The notes under the pieces were generated by a model that made no database searches, was not told the DNA's origin, and worked only from the letters and a program-made list of their open reading frames with translations. A DNA stretch of 64,000 nt. It comes from Mobula hypostoma. Its lineage: Eukaryota. Both the position numbers and the translations under genes were made by a program. Location of the stretch: positions 65,846,001 through 65,910,000 of the forward strand of contig NC_086097.1 in assembly GCF_963921235.1 (NCBI RefSeq), read 5' to 3'. Below, piece by piece: positions 10,180 through 24,066 of this stretch; position 1 is the stretch's first letter; every line of letters starts with the position of its first letter.

Positions 10180-11107
10180 AGGGTTAGTGCTTTGTTCAGG
10201 GTGTCAGAAGTGGGAATCCTGGAAGATATCTAGCCTCCCTGATGGCCACATCAGCGCCAGGTGCACCGAGTTGCAGTTCTTCAGAGACCGTGTTAGAGAT
10301 CTGGAGCTGCAGCTTGATGACCTACTGCTTATCAGGGAAAGTGAAGAGGTAATAGACAGGAGCTACAGGGAGGTGGTCATCCCTAGGCTACAGGGGTCAG
10401 AAATCTGGGTCACAGTCAAGGGAGGGAAGGGAAATGCCTGGATAGTGGAGAGCACACCTGTGGCTGTCCCCCTCAGCAACAAATATCTTGTTCTGGATGC
10501 AGTTGAGGGGGATGACCTGACAGGGGACGCCCACGGTGACTAGGTCTCTGGCACTGAGCCTGGCGTTGTTTTGCAGGAGAGAAGGAGGGAGAAGAGAAAT
10601 GCGGTAGTCGTGGGGGATTCCCTAGTCAGGAGAACAGACAGGAGATTCTGTGAGCCTGACAGAGATACCCGCATGGTGTGTTGCCTCCCAGGTGCCAGGG
10701 TACGGGGTGTCTCGGATCGGGTCCTGAATATTCTAAAGGGGGAGGGTGAGCGGCCAGTTGTCTTGGTACATGTTGGTACCAATGACATAGATAGGACAAA
10801 GGAGGAGGTCCTGAAGAGAGATTTCCAGGAGTTAGGAAGAAAGCTGAGAAGCAGGACCTCCAGGGTAGTAATCTCAGGATTGCTACCTGTGCCACGTGCT
10901 AGCGAGGGCAAGAATACTCGGATCAGGCAGATGAATGCGTGGCTGAGAGACTGGTGTAGGGGGCAGGGCTTCAGATTCTTGGATAATTGGGATCTCTTCT
11001 GGGGGAAGTATGACCTGTTCAAAAAAGGACAGGTTACACCTGAACCTGAAGGGGACCAATATCCTGGCGGGAAAGTTTAATAGAGCTGTTACGGAGGGTT
11101 TAAACTA
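10180..11107 (+). pseudogene. CR1 ORF1 with SGNH/GDSL esterase domain
   Basis: VVVGDSLVR, CCLPGARV, VLVHVGTND, VVISGLLP. Stop at 10541-10543 and a frameshift near 11021-11027. Confidence 0.85.
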
Positions 11108-11247
11108 ATTTGGCAGGGGGATGGGAACCGGAATGATAGAGCGGAGGAAAGGGAAAACAGAAATAAATCTAAGATAATGAGCAGTAAAGATGTGAAGAAA
11201 GACAGGCAGGAGATGGGGCAAATTTGTAGCCATTGGGATGAGTTGCA

Positions 11248-14076
11248 GTGAAATCAAAGCAAAAAGTATCAAATACTGGTCTTAAGGTGTTGTACTTAAA
11301 TGCATGCAGCACAAGGAATAAGGTGGATGATCTTGTTGTACAGCTACAGATTAGCAGGTATGATATTGTGGCCATCACTGAGACCTGGCTAAAGGATGCA
11401 TGTCTCTGGGAGCTGAACGTCCAAGGTAACATGGTGTATCGGAAGGATAGGAAGGTAGGCAGAAGGGGAGGCGTGGCTTTATTGGTAAGAAATGATATTA
11501 AGTCATTAGAAAGAGGTGATATAAGATCGGAAGGTGCAGAATCTTTATGGGTTGAGCTAAGAAATAGCAGGGGTAAAAGGACCCTGATGGCAGTTATTTA
11601 TAGGCCTCCAAACAGCTGCAGGGATGTGGACTACAAATTACAACTAGAAATAGAAAAGGCTTGTCAGAAGGGCAGTGTTATGATAATTGTGGGGGATTTT
11701 AACATGCGAGTAGATTGGGAAAATCAGGTCAGCACTGGATCTCAAGAGAGAGAATTTGTAGAATGTCTGCGAGATGGCTTTTTAGAACAGCTTGTTGTTG
11801 AGCATACTAGGGGATCGGCTGTACTGGATTGGGTATTGTGTAATGAACCGGAGGTGATTAGAGAGATTGAGGTGAAGGAACCCTTAGGAGACAGTGATCA
11901 TAACATGATTGAGTTCGCTGTGAAATTAGAAACAGAGAAGCTGAAATCTGCTGTGTTGGTATTTCAGTGGAGTAAAGAAAATTACAGTGGCATGAGAGAG
12001 GAACTGACCAAAGTTGACTGGAAAGGGACACTGGTGGGAAAGACAGCAGAGCAGCAGTGGCTGGAGTTTATGCAAGAAATGAGGAATGTGCAAGACAGGT
12101 ATATTCCAAAAACGAAGAAATTTTCGACTGGAAACAGGATGCAACCGTGGTTGACAAGAGAAGTCAAAGCCAAAGTTAAAGCAAAGGAGAGGGCATACAA
12201 GGAAGCAAAAATTAGTGGGAAGACAGAGGATTGGGAAGTTTTTAAAACCTTACAAAAGGAAACCAAGAAGGTCATTAAGAGAGAAAAGATTAACTATGAA
12301 AGGAACCTAGCAAATAATATCAAAGAGGATACTAAAAGCTTTTTCAAGTATATAAAGAGTAAAAGACAGGTGAGAGTAGATATAGGACTGATAGAAAATG
12401 ATGCTGGAGAAATTGTAATGGGAGATAAGGAGATGGCAGAGAAACTGAACGAGTATTTTGCATCATTCTTCACTGAGGAAGACATCAGCAGTATACCGGA
12501 CACTCAAGGGTGGCAGGGAAGAGAAGTGTGCGCAGTCACAATTACGACAGAGAAAGTACTCAGGGAGCTGAATAGGCTAAAGGTAGATAAATCTCCTGGA
12601 CCAGATGGAATGCACCCTCGTGTTCTGAAGGAAGTAGCTGTGGAGATTACGGAGGCATTAGCAATGATCTTTCAACAGTCGATAGATTCTGGCATGGTTC
12701 CGGAAGACTGGAAGATTGAAAATGTCACTCCACTATTTAAGAAGGGAGCAAGGAAGCAAAAAGGAAATTATAGACCTGTTAGCTTGACATCGGTGGTTGG
12801 GAAGTTGTTGGAGTCGATTGTCAAGGATGAGGTTACAGAGTACCTGGAGGCATATGACAAGATAGGCAGAACTCAGCATGGGTTCCTTAAAGGAAAATCT
12901 TGCCTGACAAACCTATTACAATTTTTTGAGGAAATTCCCAGTAGGCTAGACAAGAGAGATGCAGTGGATGTTGTATATTTGGATTTTTAGAAGGCCTTTG
13001 ACAAGGTGCCACACATGAGGCTACTTAACAAGATAAGAGCCCATGGAATTACAGGAAAGTTACATACGTGGATAAAGCGTTGGCTGATTGGCAGGAAACA
13101 GAGAGTGGGAATAAAGGGATCCTATTCTGGTTGGCTGCCAGTTACCAGTGGTGTTCCACAGGGATCAGTGTTGGGGCCGCTTCTTTTTACATTGTACATC
13201 AACGATTTGGATTATGGAATAGATGGCTTTGTGGCTAAGTTTGCTGACGATACGAAGATAGGTGGAGGGGCCGGTAGTGCTGAGGAAACGGAGGGTATGC
13301 AGAGAGACTTGGATAGATTGGAAGAATGGGCAGAGAAGTGGCAAATGAAATACAATGTTGGAAAGTGTATGGTTATGCACTTTGGCAGAAAAAATAAACG
13401 GGCAGACTATTATTTAAATGGGGAAAGAATTCAAAGTTCTGAGATGCAACGGGACTTGGGAGTCCTCATACAGGATACCCTTAAAGTTAACCTCCAGGTT
13501 GAGTCAGTAGTGAAGAAGGCGAATGCAATGTTGGCATTCATTTCTAGAGGAATAGAGTATAGGAGCAGGGATGTGATGTTGAGGCTGTATAAGGCGCTGG
13601 TGAGACCTCACTTGGAGTACTGTGGGCAGTTTTGGTCTCCTTATTTAAGAAAGGATGTACTGAAGTTGGAGAGGGTACAGAGAAGATTCACTAGAAGGAT
13701 TCCGGGAATGAGAGGGTTAACATATGAGGAACGTTTGTCCACTCTTGGACTGTATTCCTTGGAGTTTAGAAGAATGAGGGGAGACCTCATAGAAACATTT
13801 CGAATGTTAAAAGGCATGGACAGAGTGGATGTGGCAAAGTTGTTTCCCATGATGGGGAAGTCTAGTACGAGAGGGCATGACTTAAGGATTGAAGGGTGCC
13901 TATTCAGAACAGAATTGCGAAGAAATTTTTTTAGTCAGAGGGTGGTGAATCTATGGAATTTGTTGCCACGGGCAGCAGTGGAGAAGTCATTGGGTGTATT
14001 TAAGGCAGAGATTGATAGGTATCTGAGTAGCCAGGGCATCAAAGGTTATGGTGAGAAGGCGGGGCAGTGGGACTAA
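11248..14076 (+). pseudogene. CR1 ORF2 (APE endonuclease + RT)
   Basis: [56 protein letters not shown] single in-frame TAG at 12988-12990 lies in LDF*KAFD. Confidence 0.93.
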
Positions 14077-14521
14077 ATAGGAGAATGGATCAGCTCATGA
14101 TAAAATGGCGGAGCAGACTCGATGGGCCGAATGGCCTACTTCTGCTCCTTTGTCTTATGGTCTAAAAGTGGTGGAGACAGTCCTTGGTTGTAATCCAGGA
14201 ATATTCTCTTGATTCTGGAGAAGTCCCAGACTGTTATTGTGTTGGAACTGATCAGCCAAGAATGGAGACAAAAACAAGGAAACTTGGGAAAATGCTGGAA
14301 TCCATTAATAATAGGAGGAAATTCAGAAAATTTATGTCAATATTATTTAATGAATACAGCAGGGCTAAAGGCCCTTTAGCCAAACCAGTCCATGCCAACG
14401 ATGGTGCCCACCCTGTTAGTCCCAACTTCCTGCATTCAGTCCATATTCCTGTACGCCCTGCTTTTCCATGTACCTATCCAAATGCTTTTAAAATGACATC
14501 ATTATGCCTGTCTCAACCCTT

Positions 14522-16211
14522 TGAAGTAGCAGTGGGGGACAAGGAAATGGTGGACGAACTGAATAAGTGTTTTGCATCAGTCTTCACTGTGTAAGACACG
14601 AACAGTATGATGGAAGTTCAAGAGTGTCAGGGGCAGAAGTGAATCCAGTTGCTTTTACTCGTGATAAGGTGCTCAGGAAGCTGAAAGGTCTGAAGACAGT
14701 TAACTCATCTGGACCAGATGGACTGCACCCTAGGATTCTGAAAGAGGTAGCTGAAGAGATTGTGGAGACATTGGTAGTGATCTTTCAAGAATTACAGGAT
14801 TCTGGCATGGTTCTGGAGGACTGGAAGAGTGCAAATACCATTCCATTTTTTAAGGGAGAAGAGGCAAAAGACCAGTAAGCCTGACTTCAGTGGTTGAGAA
14901 GATGCTGAGTCAATTGTTAAGGGTGAGGTTTTGGGGTAGTTAAAGACACATAATAAAATAGGTGAAAGTCATCTTGGTTCCCTTATGGGAAAATCTTGTT
15001 TGACAAATCTGTTGGAATTCTTTGATGAAATAAGAAGCAGGATAGACAAAGGAGAATCAGTGGATGTTGTTTACCTGGATTTCAGCAGGCGTTTGACAAG
15101 TGCCACACACAAGGTTGCTTAGCAAGATAAGAGCCCATTGTATTACACTAAAGATACCAGCATGGAGAGAGCATTGGTGAATTGGCAATAGGCAAGGAGT
15201 GTGAATAAAGGTGGCCTCTTCTGATTGGTTGCCGGTGACTAGACATGTTCCTCAGGAACCAGTGCTGGGACAGCTTCTTTTTATGTTATATGTCAACTAT
15301 TTGGATGACGGAATTGATGGTGGAGGGGCATTTTGTATTGAGGAAGTAGGGAGATGCAGAAGGACTTGGACAGAGTGGGAGAATGGGCAAAGAAGTGGCA
15401 GATGAAATCCAGTGTTGGGAAGTATGTGCTCCTGCCTTTTGGTAGAAGGAATAAAAGTGCAGGCTATTTTCTAAACAGGGAGAAAATCCAAAAATCTGAG
15501 GTGCAAGGGGAATTGGGAGTCCTCATGCAGGTTCTCCCTAAAGGTTAACTTGGAGGTTGAGTTGGTGGTGAGGAAGGCAAATGCAATGTGAGCATTAATT
15601 TTGAGAGAACTAGAATATAAAAACACGGATACAATGCTGAGGCTTTATAAGGCACTGATGAGGCCTCACTTGGAATATTGTGGGCAGTTTTGGGCCCTTA
15701 TCTGAGAAAGGATATGCTGACATTGGAGAGGGCTCAAAGGAGGTTCACGGAAGTTATTCCATGAATGAAAGGTTTTATATGAGGAAGGTCTAATGGGCCT
15801 GGGCCTATACTCACTGGAATATAGAAGAACGAGATGGTGGTTGGGGGGGGTAATCTCATTGAAACCTACCGAATGTTGAAAGGCCGAGAGAGAGTCGATG
15901 TAGAGAGGATGTTTCCAATAGTGTGTGAGTCTAGGATGAGAGGAAGCAACCTCAGAATGGAGTGATGTCCATTTAGAATGGAGATGAGTAAGAATTTCTT
16001 AAGCGAGAGAGTGGTGAATCTGTGGAATTTGTTAATACAGATTACACTGGAGGCTAGTTCATTGGGTGTATTTAAGACAGAGATTGATAGATCCTTGATT
16101 GTCACGGCTTGAAAGGTTACGAAGAGGAGGCAGGAGAACTGGGGTTGAGATGGAAATGGATCAACTATTATCAAGTGACAGAGCAGGCTCAAAGGGCTGA
16201 ATGGTCTAATT
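14522..16211 (+). mobile_element. Degraded CR1 LINE (RT to 3' end)
   Basis: SSGPDGLHPRILKEVAEEI, VPQEPVLGQLLF, EWAKKWQM, with many frameshifts. Confidence 0.85.
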
Positions 16212-17536
16212 TCCTCTGGCAGCTTATTCCATTTCGGCTAGGGGGCCTAAACCGGTAAACTCTATTACCATCCGCCTTATCTATGCCTTATTATTTTGAA
16301 CTCTTCTCTAATGTTGTGCAGAAGACACAAAGGTTGGGGTGTTGTGGATAGTGTAGAAGGTTGTTGTAGATTACAGCAGGATATTGATAAGATGGATCAC
16401 ACACAAAAGGTACAGAACTGAAGAAGAAGAAGGAATCTGATAGAGAAGAGTGAACCATGAGAGAAAGGGAAGGAACTTCTCTCTTTGGAGCAAAGGAGAG
16501 GGAGCGAGGGCTTGATCGAAGTATATAAGATGATAAAAAACATTAATAGAATGGAAAGCTAAAGTCTTTTTTCCAGGACATTAATGGCTGATATGAGGGG
16601 GCATAATTTTAAGGTAATTCCAGGAAAGTATAGGAAAGGTGTAAAGTGTAAGTTTTTTTTTACACAGTGGTAAGTGCTCAGAACATACTGCTACACTGCC
16701 AGGAGTGATGGAGAGGCAGATATATTAGGGACATATAAGAGACTCTTGGATAGACATATGGATGAAAGAAACATAGAGGGTTGTGTGGGAGAGAAGGGTT
16801 AGATTGATCTTGGAGTAGGTTAAAAGGTTGACACATCAGGATCAAAGGGCTGTCATGTTCTATATTGCTCTATGTTTTATGTAATTCTCCTGTGCTCCAA
16901 GGCATAAAAACTTAGCCTAGCCAACCTCTACCTATAACTTAAGCCCTATAGACCTGGCAATGTCCTTGTAAATCTTTTCTGCAGTCTTTCCAGTTTAACC
17001 ACGTACTGTCTTTCCGACAACAAAACTGTGCACAATCCTCCAAATACGGCCTCTCTAATAACTTAAGCAATTGCAACATAATATCCCATCTCTTATGTCC
17101 AGATTGATGAAGACCAGTGTGCTAAACACTTTTTTCACTGCCCTGTCTACCTGTAATGCCACTTTCTGTGAACTATGCACTCCAAAGTTCTTCTGTTCTA
17201 TTACAATTCCTTTTCATTTTTAAAATCTTTTTATTGATATATAATCTTCTACAGCTATAAAATACAAAAGTTCAACAGATTAGTATATATAATTAATAAA
17301 GCTGAAGAAAAAAAACTTGTATATGCTAATGAAAAAAAATTATATAAGAAAAAGAAGGAAAAAGGAGAACCCCAACTAACTAAAAAAAACCTCACTAACT
17401 ATGAAAAAAAACCATTAGGAACCAACCCCCAGAGCAATACGTCTTACAATCATCTATATATATAGAAGGGAAAAAAAAACAACCGCCAAATCACATTTAT
17501 ATAACATAAAATTGGAAGGAAACCATATAAATTAAT

Positions 17537-20500
17537 TCAAATTAAATGATAATATTTGGCAAAAGAGCCCCACCTTCTCATAAAATCAAATCAGGGATCA
17601 AAAGTTCTACTTCTAATTTTTTCCAAACTAAGACATAACATTACTTGGGAAAATCATTGAATTAGTGTAGGAGCAGAAGTATCTTTCCACTTCAATAAAA
17701 TAGCCCTTCTTGCCAACAGTGTAATGAATGCAATTACATGTTGGTTTGAAAATGAAATACCCTGAATATGATGCGGATCTATTCCAAATAGAACAGTCAA
17801 TGTATTAGGTTGTAAATTAATTTTCAAAGCTTTAGAAATTGTAGAAAATAAAGATTTCCAAAAAGATTTCAATGAGGGACATGACCAGAACATATGTGAC
17901 AAAGTAGCTACTTCATTTTTACACCTATCACAATAATTGTCTATATTAGGAAATATTTTGGATAGCCTCTCCTTTGTTAAATAATGACGGTGAACAATTT
18001 TAAATTGAATTAAACAATGATTGGCACATATCGAAGAAGAATTAACCATTTTCAGAACTCGCAACCAATCTTCGTTAACAGAAGTCATATTAAGTTCTCT
18101 CTCCTAATCTTGTTTAATCTTTAGTGAGAGGTTATCTTTTTGTAGTAAAAATAAATTATAAATTCTACCAACGGAACCTCTCACTAAAGGATTCATATTC
18201 AAAATAGTATCCAACAAATCAGATTCTTGCATATATGGAAACGTAGAAACATATTTTTGTAAAAAATGTCTAACCTGAAAATATTGCAAGAAATGTTTGT
18301 GAGAGAGAGAATATTTGCTAATTAACTCTTCAAAAGTCATCAATCGACCATCACTAAATAAATCTGCAAAAGAATAGATCCCCTTATTTCGCCATAAAAG
18401 AGAAATGGGATCAGTAATTGAAGGTTGAAATAGCAAATTTCGAAATACGGGGCTGGACAATTTAAATTGTTTAAAATTAAAAGAGTTGAGAAACTGAAAA
18501 CAAATCCGTAAGGACTGTTTAATAACAGGGTAGAGATTTAAATTGGGAATTTTAGCAAGTCGTAAAGGTAATGGTGCACCTAATAATGAAGTTAAATGAA
18601 ATTGTTTAATAGCTTTTAATTCCAAATCAATCCAAGCTGGTTTTTGGCTCTTATCGAGCCAATATACCCAAAAACATAGTTGTCGAATATTAACAGCCCA
18701 ATAATACAACCTTAAATTAGGTAGCGCAAGTCCACCATTTTTTTTAGATTTTTGTAAATGAAACTTATTAACTCTTGGTTTTTTATTATTCCAAATAAAG
18801 GACAAAATAGTAGAATCAATTTGATCAAAAAAAATTTTAGTTAGAAAAATAGGTATACTTTGAAAAATATATAAAAATCTAGGTAAAATCATAATTTTCA
18901 CGGCATAAATACGACCTATTAAAGAAAGTGTAAGGGGATTCCATCTAGAAAATAATTGCTTCATAGAGTCCAATAAAGGAACTACATTAGCTTTATAAAG
19001 AGCTTTATATTTTTTTGTAAAGTTAATACCCAAATATTTTAAAGAATTCACAAGTCTAAATGGAATATCATTATATATAAAAACAGGAACATTTAAAGGG
19101 AACAATTCACTTTTGTTTAAATTAAGTTTATATCCTAAAAATTTTCCAAAATCATTTAATAATTCCAAAAGATCAGGAATAGATTCTTCAGGATTCGAAA
19201 TATAAACCAAAAGATCATTTGCATAAAGAGAGATCTTATGTATGGTCCCATTTATAGAAATACCATGAAGGTTTTTAGCTTCACGAATTGTTATAGCCAA
19301 AGGCTCCAGTACAAGATAAAATAATAAAGGACTTAATGGACACCCTTGTCAAGTACCTCGTGAAAGTGAAAAAAAGGGAGACCTAAGATTATTAGTAATA
19401 ATGGTAGTGATAGGGTTCTTACAGATCATTTGAATCCACTTATTGAAATTATTACCAAAGCCAACTTTCTCTAATACATTAAACAAATAAGTCTATTCAA
19501 CTCTATTAAATGCCTTTTCTGCATCCAGAGAAATAACACATTGGGGTGTTTTAGATAATGGTGAATATATAATGTTCATCAATCTCCGAACATTAGAAAA
19601 AGAATAACGGCCTCTAATAAAGCCTGTTTGATCCGTAGAGATAATTTTAGATAAAACGTTTTCCAAATGGTTAGCCATTATCTTAGAAAGAATTTTAGAT
19701 TCCACATTTAATAACAAAATAGGTCTACAAGATGATTCAGTAGGATCTTTATCTAGTCATAGTCATAGTCATAGTCATACTTCATTAATCCCGGGGGAAA
19801 TTGGTTTTCGTTACAATTGCTCCATAAATAATAAATAGTAATAGAACCATAAATAGTTAAATAGTAATATATAAATTATGCCAGTAAATTATGAAATAAG
19901 TCCAGGACCAGCCTATTGGCTCAGGATGTCTGACCCTCCAAGGGAGGAGTTGTAAAGTTTGATGGCCACAGGCAGGAATGACTTCCTATGACGCTCAGTG
20001 CTGCATCTCAGTGGAATGAGTCTCTGGCTGAATGTACTCCTGTGCCCACCCAGTACATTATGTAGTGGATGGGAGACATTGACCAAGATGGCATGCAACT
20101 TAGACAGCATCCTCTTTTCAGACACCACCCTGAGAGAGTCCAGTTCCATCCCCACAACATCAATGGCCTTATGAATGAGTTTGTTCATTCTGTTGGTGTC
20201 TACCACCCTCAGTCTGCTGCCCCAGCACACAACAGCAAACGTGATAGCACTGGCCACCACAGACTCGTAGAACATCCTCAGCATTGTCTGGCAGATGTTA
20301 AAGGACCTCAGTCTCCTCAGGAAATAAAGACGGCTCTGACCCTTCTTGTAGACAGCCTCAGTGTTCTTTGACCAGTCCAGTTTATCGTCAATTCGTATCC
20401 CCAGGTATTTGTAATCCTCCACCATGTCCACACTGACCCCCTGGATGGAAACAGGGGTCACCGGTACCTTAGCTCTCCTCAGTCTACCACCAGCTCCTTA

Positions 20501-22125
20501 GTCTTTTTCATATTAAGCTGCAGATAATTCTGGTCACACCATGTGACGAAGTTTCCTACCGTAGCCCTGTACTCAGCCTCATCTCCCTTGCTGACAGAAG
20601 CTTCATAAAAAGAAGGTAAATTACCTTTCTCAAAAGATTCATGAAATATTTCCAAAAGGTATGGAGAAAGTAATTTTTCAAATTTTTTGTAAAATCCTAC
20701 CGAATAACCATTGAGTCCAGGAGCTTTACCTGATTGCATTGACCATATAGCTTTCTGAATTTCATGCTCAACAATTGGAGCATCAAGGGTCTGTTGATCT
20801 TCAGCAGTAATTTGCGGAAATTTAATCTTATGTAAAAAAGCCTTCATTTTGGAGGGATCTGCAGGAAACTGAGATTTATAAAGATCAGAATAAAAATCCT
20901 GAAAAATATTATTAATATCTTCATAATTACTTACTATATCTCCATTATCTTTACGAATCTTTAAAATTTTTCTTTTAGCTCTAGCAGCCCTTAATTGGGA
21001 AGCTAAGAGCCTATCATTTTTATCCCCAAAAATATAAAACTGACTTTTTAATTTAAGCAAATATCCTTCAATAGGATAAGTTAATAGTAAATTATATTGT
21101 GATTGTAATTCCACTCTTCTTTTAAACAAATCAACATTTGGAAAGATTGCATTGATATTATCTAAATCTTTAATTTGTTTAGCCATTTTATCTAATTCCA
21201 TTCTTGTCTGTTTCTTCAACTTAGCTAAATAAGAAATAATCTAACCATGTAAATAAGCTTTTAACGTATCCCAAATTACTAACTTTGAGACGTTTCCTGT
21301 ATTATTAAAGACTTTTATCTGAGTTTCAATAAACTCGACAAAATCTGAACTTTGTAACAAATGTTCTGGAAAACGCCAAGGTGGTCTTGTAGAAACAACA
21401 TCTTTCAAATCCAATATTAAATTTAAGGAAGCATGATCAGAGATAACAATTGCATCATATTCACATTTCTGAACATTAAATAAAAGTCAAGGGTCGGCTA
21501 TAAAATAGTCGATTCTCGAATACTTATTATGAACATGTGAAAAAAAGAATATTCTCTATCGCTAGGATGCATATGTCTCCAGACTTCAATTAAACCATAA
21601 TCAATTAAAAAGGAATTAACAAGTGATGCAGAGCAATTAGGGAGTTGATGTCTAGAGGATGACTTACCTAATAAAGGATTTAAGCAAGTATTAAAATCTC
21701 CACCCATTAATAACATATTCATTTAAATCAGGTAATAGAGCGAAAGTATCTTTAAAAAATAAGGGATCATCAGCATTTGGTCCATATATATTAACCAAAA
21801 CCATTTTCTTTTTGTAAATTGTTCCTTTAACAATCAAAGATCTACCATTAATATCAGATATAGTATCCTCCTGATTAAAGGGAATATTGAAATCAATAAA
21901 AATGGAAACACCCCTAATTTTACTTTGAGAGTTTGCGTGATTCTGTGGGTCCTTCTAAGATTTAAAAGATCAATTTTTATCACATAACCTGACATGTGTC
22001 TCTTGTGCAAAAATTATATCAGGTTGGAATCGATTAATAATTTTAAGTATTTTCTTACGCTTAATAGGATGATTCCAACCACGGACATTCCAACTTAAAA
22101 CATATAACTGTTTAAGTTACATCAT
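17537..22125 (-). pseudogene. L1 ORF2 (APE, RT, C-terminal Cys motif), multiply disrupted
   Basis: SWNVRG, MGGDFN, SGKAPG, QTGFI, SLDAEKAF, SLYANDLL, KYLGI, GGLALPN, CDRC...TLSHMFWSC. Confidence 0.9.
19754..20595 (-). mobile_element. 5'-truncated Rex1/Babar-like LINE inside L1 ORF2
   Basis: Close match to 7349-8173 in inverted orientation, with a (tagtca)n tail at 19754-19779. Confidence 0.88.
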
Positions 22126-22886
22126 GAAACTTTATATCTAAAAAAACAATTAGATGCATGTCAGGATAAGGTAGTCATGAATGGTGGTGATAAGCAACAA
22201 TAATAACAATTTGCATACGCTCCAGAATTCCATAATGGGAATAAAAAATAGAAATAGAAAAAAGTAAAAAACCCACCCAACCTACAAAGCCCAGAAATAA
22301 GTCGATATCTATCGATGCAAGTCCCAAAGAATGCATAAGAAGCAATTCAGAACTCCACCTGCCTAAATAAAAGGTACAGATGAAAAAAGGCCATCTGTCT
22401 CCCTCTCCCAAGTATACCACTCATTACAGTCAACATACAACCCATTACAATTAAATTAGAAAAAACAGTTAACAGAAACGACCTTCAGTTTAGAAAGTAA
22501 CCTTCATAACATTAGATAAGTCAGAAACAAATTATTAAAATATTTGCTCAGAAGAGAAAACAGTCGCCATCTTTAACTTATTACATCTATCTATAAAATG
22601 TGAAAAAAAACCCGAATAGTAAGTTAAAAGTTCTTAACAAAAACATACAAAGCAAATAAAATTAGTTCATAAATGTAGCAAACAGAAAGAAATTCTAAAT
22701 GATTTAAAGTTTCTACAGTCTTCCAACAGATCCCATAAGATATCCTAAAATTAAAACCGTCCAAACCAGTCTATTTCAATGATAAAGGTACATTTTAATA
22801 CCAAGACTTTCTATAGTCCTCAGTTCTTCTGATCTCATCATCTCTTATATCAGGAAACGATTAAACAATTGTAAGTCCTTTAAACA

Positions 22887-23642
22887 TCAGGCTTCAGACT
22901 CACCAGGGAGAGAATTAATGAAACGCAATGCATCGGCTGGATCCTCAAAAATACAAACCCCAGAGTCTTGAGCAAAAAGCCTTAATTTAGCTGGATATTT
23001 AAGAAAAGGATGCATCTGTTTTTTGAAAAGCCATATGCATTACGGCCGCAAATTCAGAACATTTCTGAACAATTTCACGTGGAAAATCTTGAAAGAAACG
23101 AATCTCAGAGCCTTGAAATTTAAACAGTCTTTGTTTTTCTGCCAGTTTAATAATACAGTCTTTGTCTCGAAAATGAACAAAATGCACAATAACATGTTTA
23201 TTTTTGCCTTGTCTCGAAGTTCCAACTCTATGAGCTATTTCAATGTCGGGCAATTGTAGAAAAGCCTCGGGAAATAGAGATTGAAACATATTAGCAGAAT
23301 AGTCCAGTGTGTCGGCTGATTCTGATTTCTATTTCAATCCAACAATTAATGAATATTGTTCCGACGGGAACGAGCTTCCAAATCAACAATTCGTTGTTGA
23401 GCCTTTTCCAGACGAGAGGAAATATCAGCCGCATTGCGAGTTACTTCTTTAAGATCCAAGCTCAAAGAATCAATTTTTTCCTCCAAAAGGAGAAGACTTT
23501 CTTTTAGTTGAGTTAGTTCAGCGACGATAGAGCTAATTTGAGTCTCTAATCTATTAACCCAGGCTGGCTCTTCTGCAGCTTCGTCAGTTTTTTTAGGCTT
23601 ACCTGTATCGGGATTCTTTCTCATGCTTCTCAAGGTAGCCAT
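22887..23642 (-). pseudogene. L1 ORF1 (coiled coil + RRM-like)
   Basis: MATLRS..., coiled coil, DLEARSRRNNI, IEIAHRV, IRFFQDF. Confidence 0.85.
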
Positions 23643-24066
23643 AACTATAATTATCACTTTGCAAGATCCGACTGAATAAAGTTAAAATTTCAAAGTTTAA
23701 GTCGGGAAAGGGAGAAATTAAAGGCAGACAGAAAGACACTATGTCTTACATGTCCACAGGCAGAAGGTGGAGTCCCCGTTACAATTCCTAGTGCTGTATT
23801 ATTCATAGTATAAATCCTAAGCTGGTTTGACTTTCCAAAATATATCACCTCACACTGATGCAGTATATATTGAAATCCATTTGCCACTCCTGCCCCATTC
23901 TCCTAACTGATCAAGAACTCCTTGTAATCTGCGATAATGTTCTTCACTGTGAACAACACCTCCTAACTTCACGTCATCTGCAAGCTTACTAATTAAGGTA
24001 TAAGTAACACTGGACAACAGGGTGACCCGTTGGGTCACCCTTTGAGAGAAGGGTAGTGCAGTCTGA

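Larger units (their letters stand above)
10180..14163 (+). mobile_element. Young, nearly full-length CR1 LINE
   Basis: ORF1 (Cys-rich N-terminus + SGNH esterase), ORF2 (APE + RT), 3' UTR ending ttatggtct. Flanked by two halves of an older CR1 (LKEVAA | ..LVVIQEYSLDSGEVP). Confidence 0.93.
17212..23778 (-). mobile_element. Full-length decayed L1 LINE
   Basis: ORF1, ~760-bp spacer, ORF2 and 3' UTR with AATAAA and an A-rich end. 11-bp TSD ttacaattcct at 17201-17211 and 23779-23789. Confidence 0.92.
16880..24000 (-). mobile_element. Old CR1 fragment split by the L1 (16880-17211 and 23779-24000)
   Basis: The sequence reads contiguously across the L1 TSD. ISKLADDVKLGG appears on the minus strand near 23960-23995. 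Confidence 0.65.

Noticed and set aside
19479..21219. ORF 20479..21219 as a functional L1-Rex fusion protein
   Set aside because: A chance in-frame junction inside a multiply disrupted L1.
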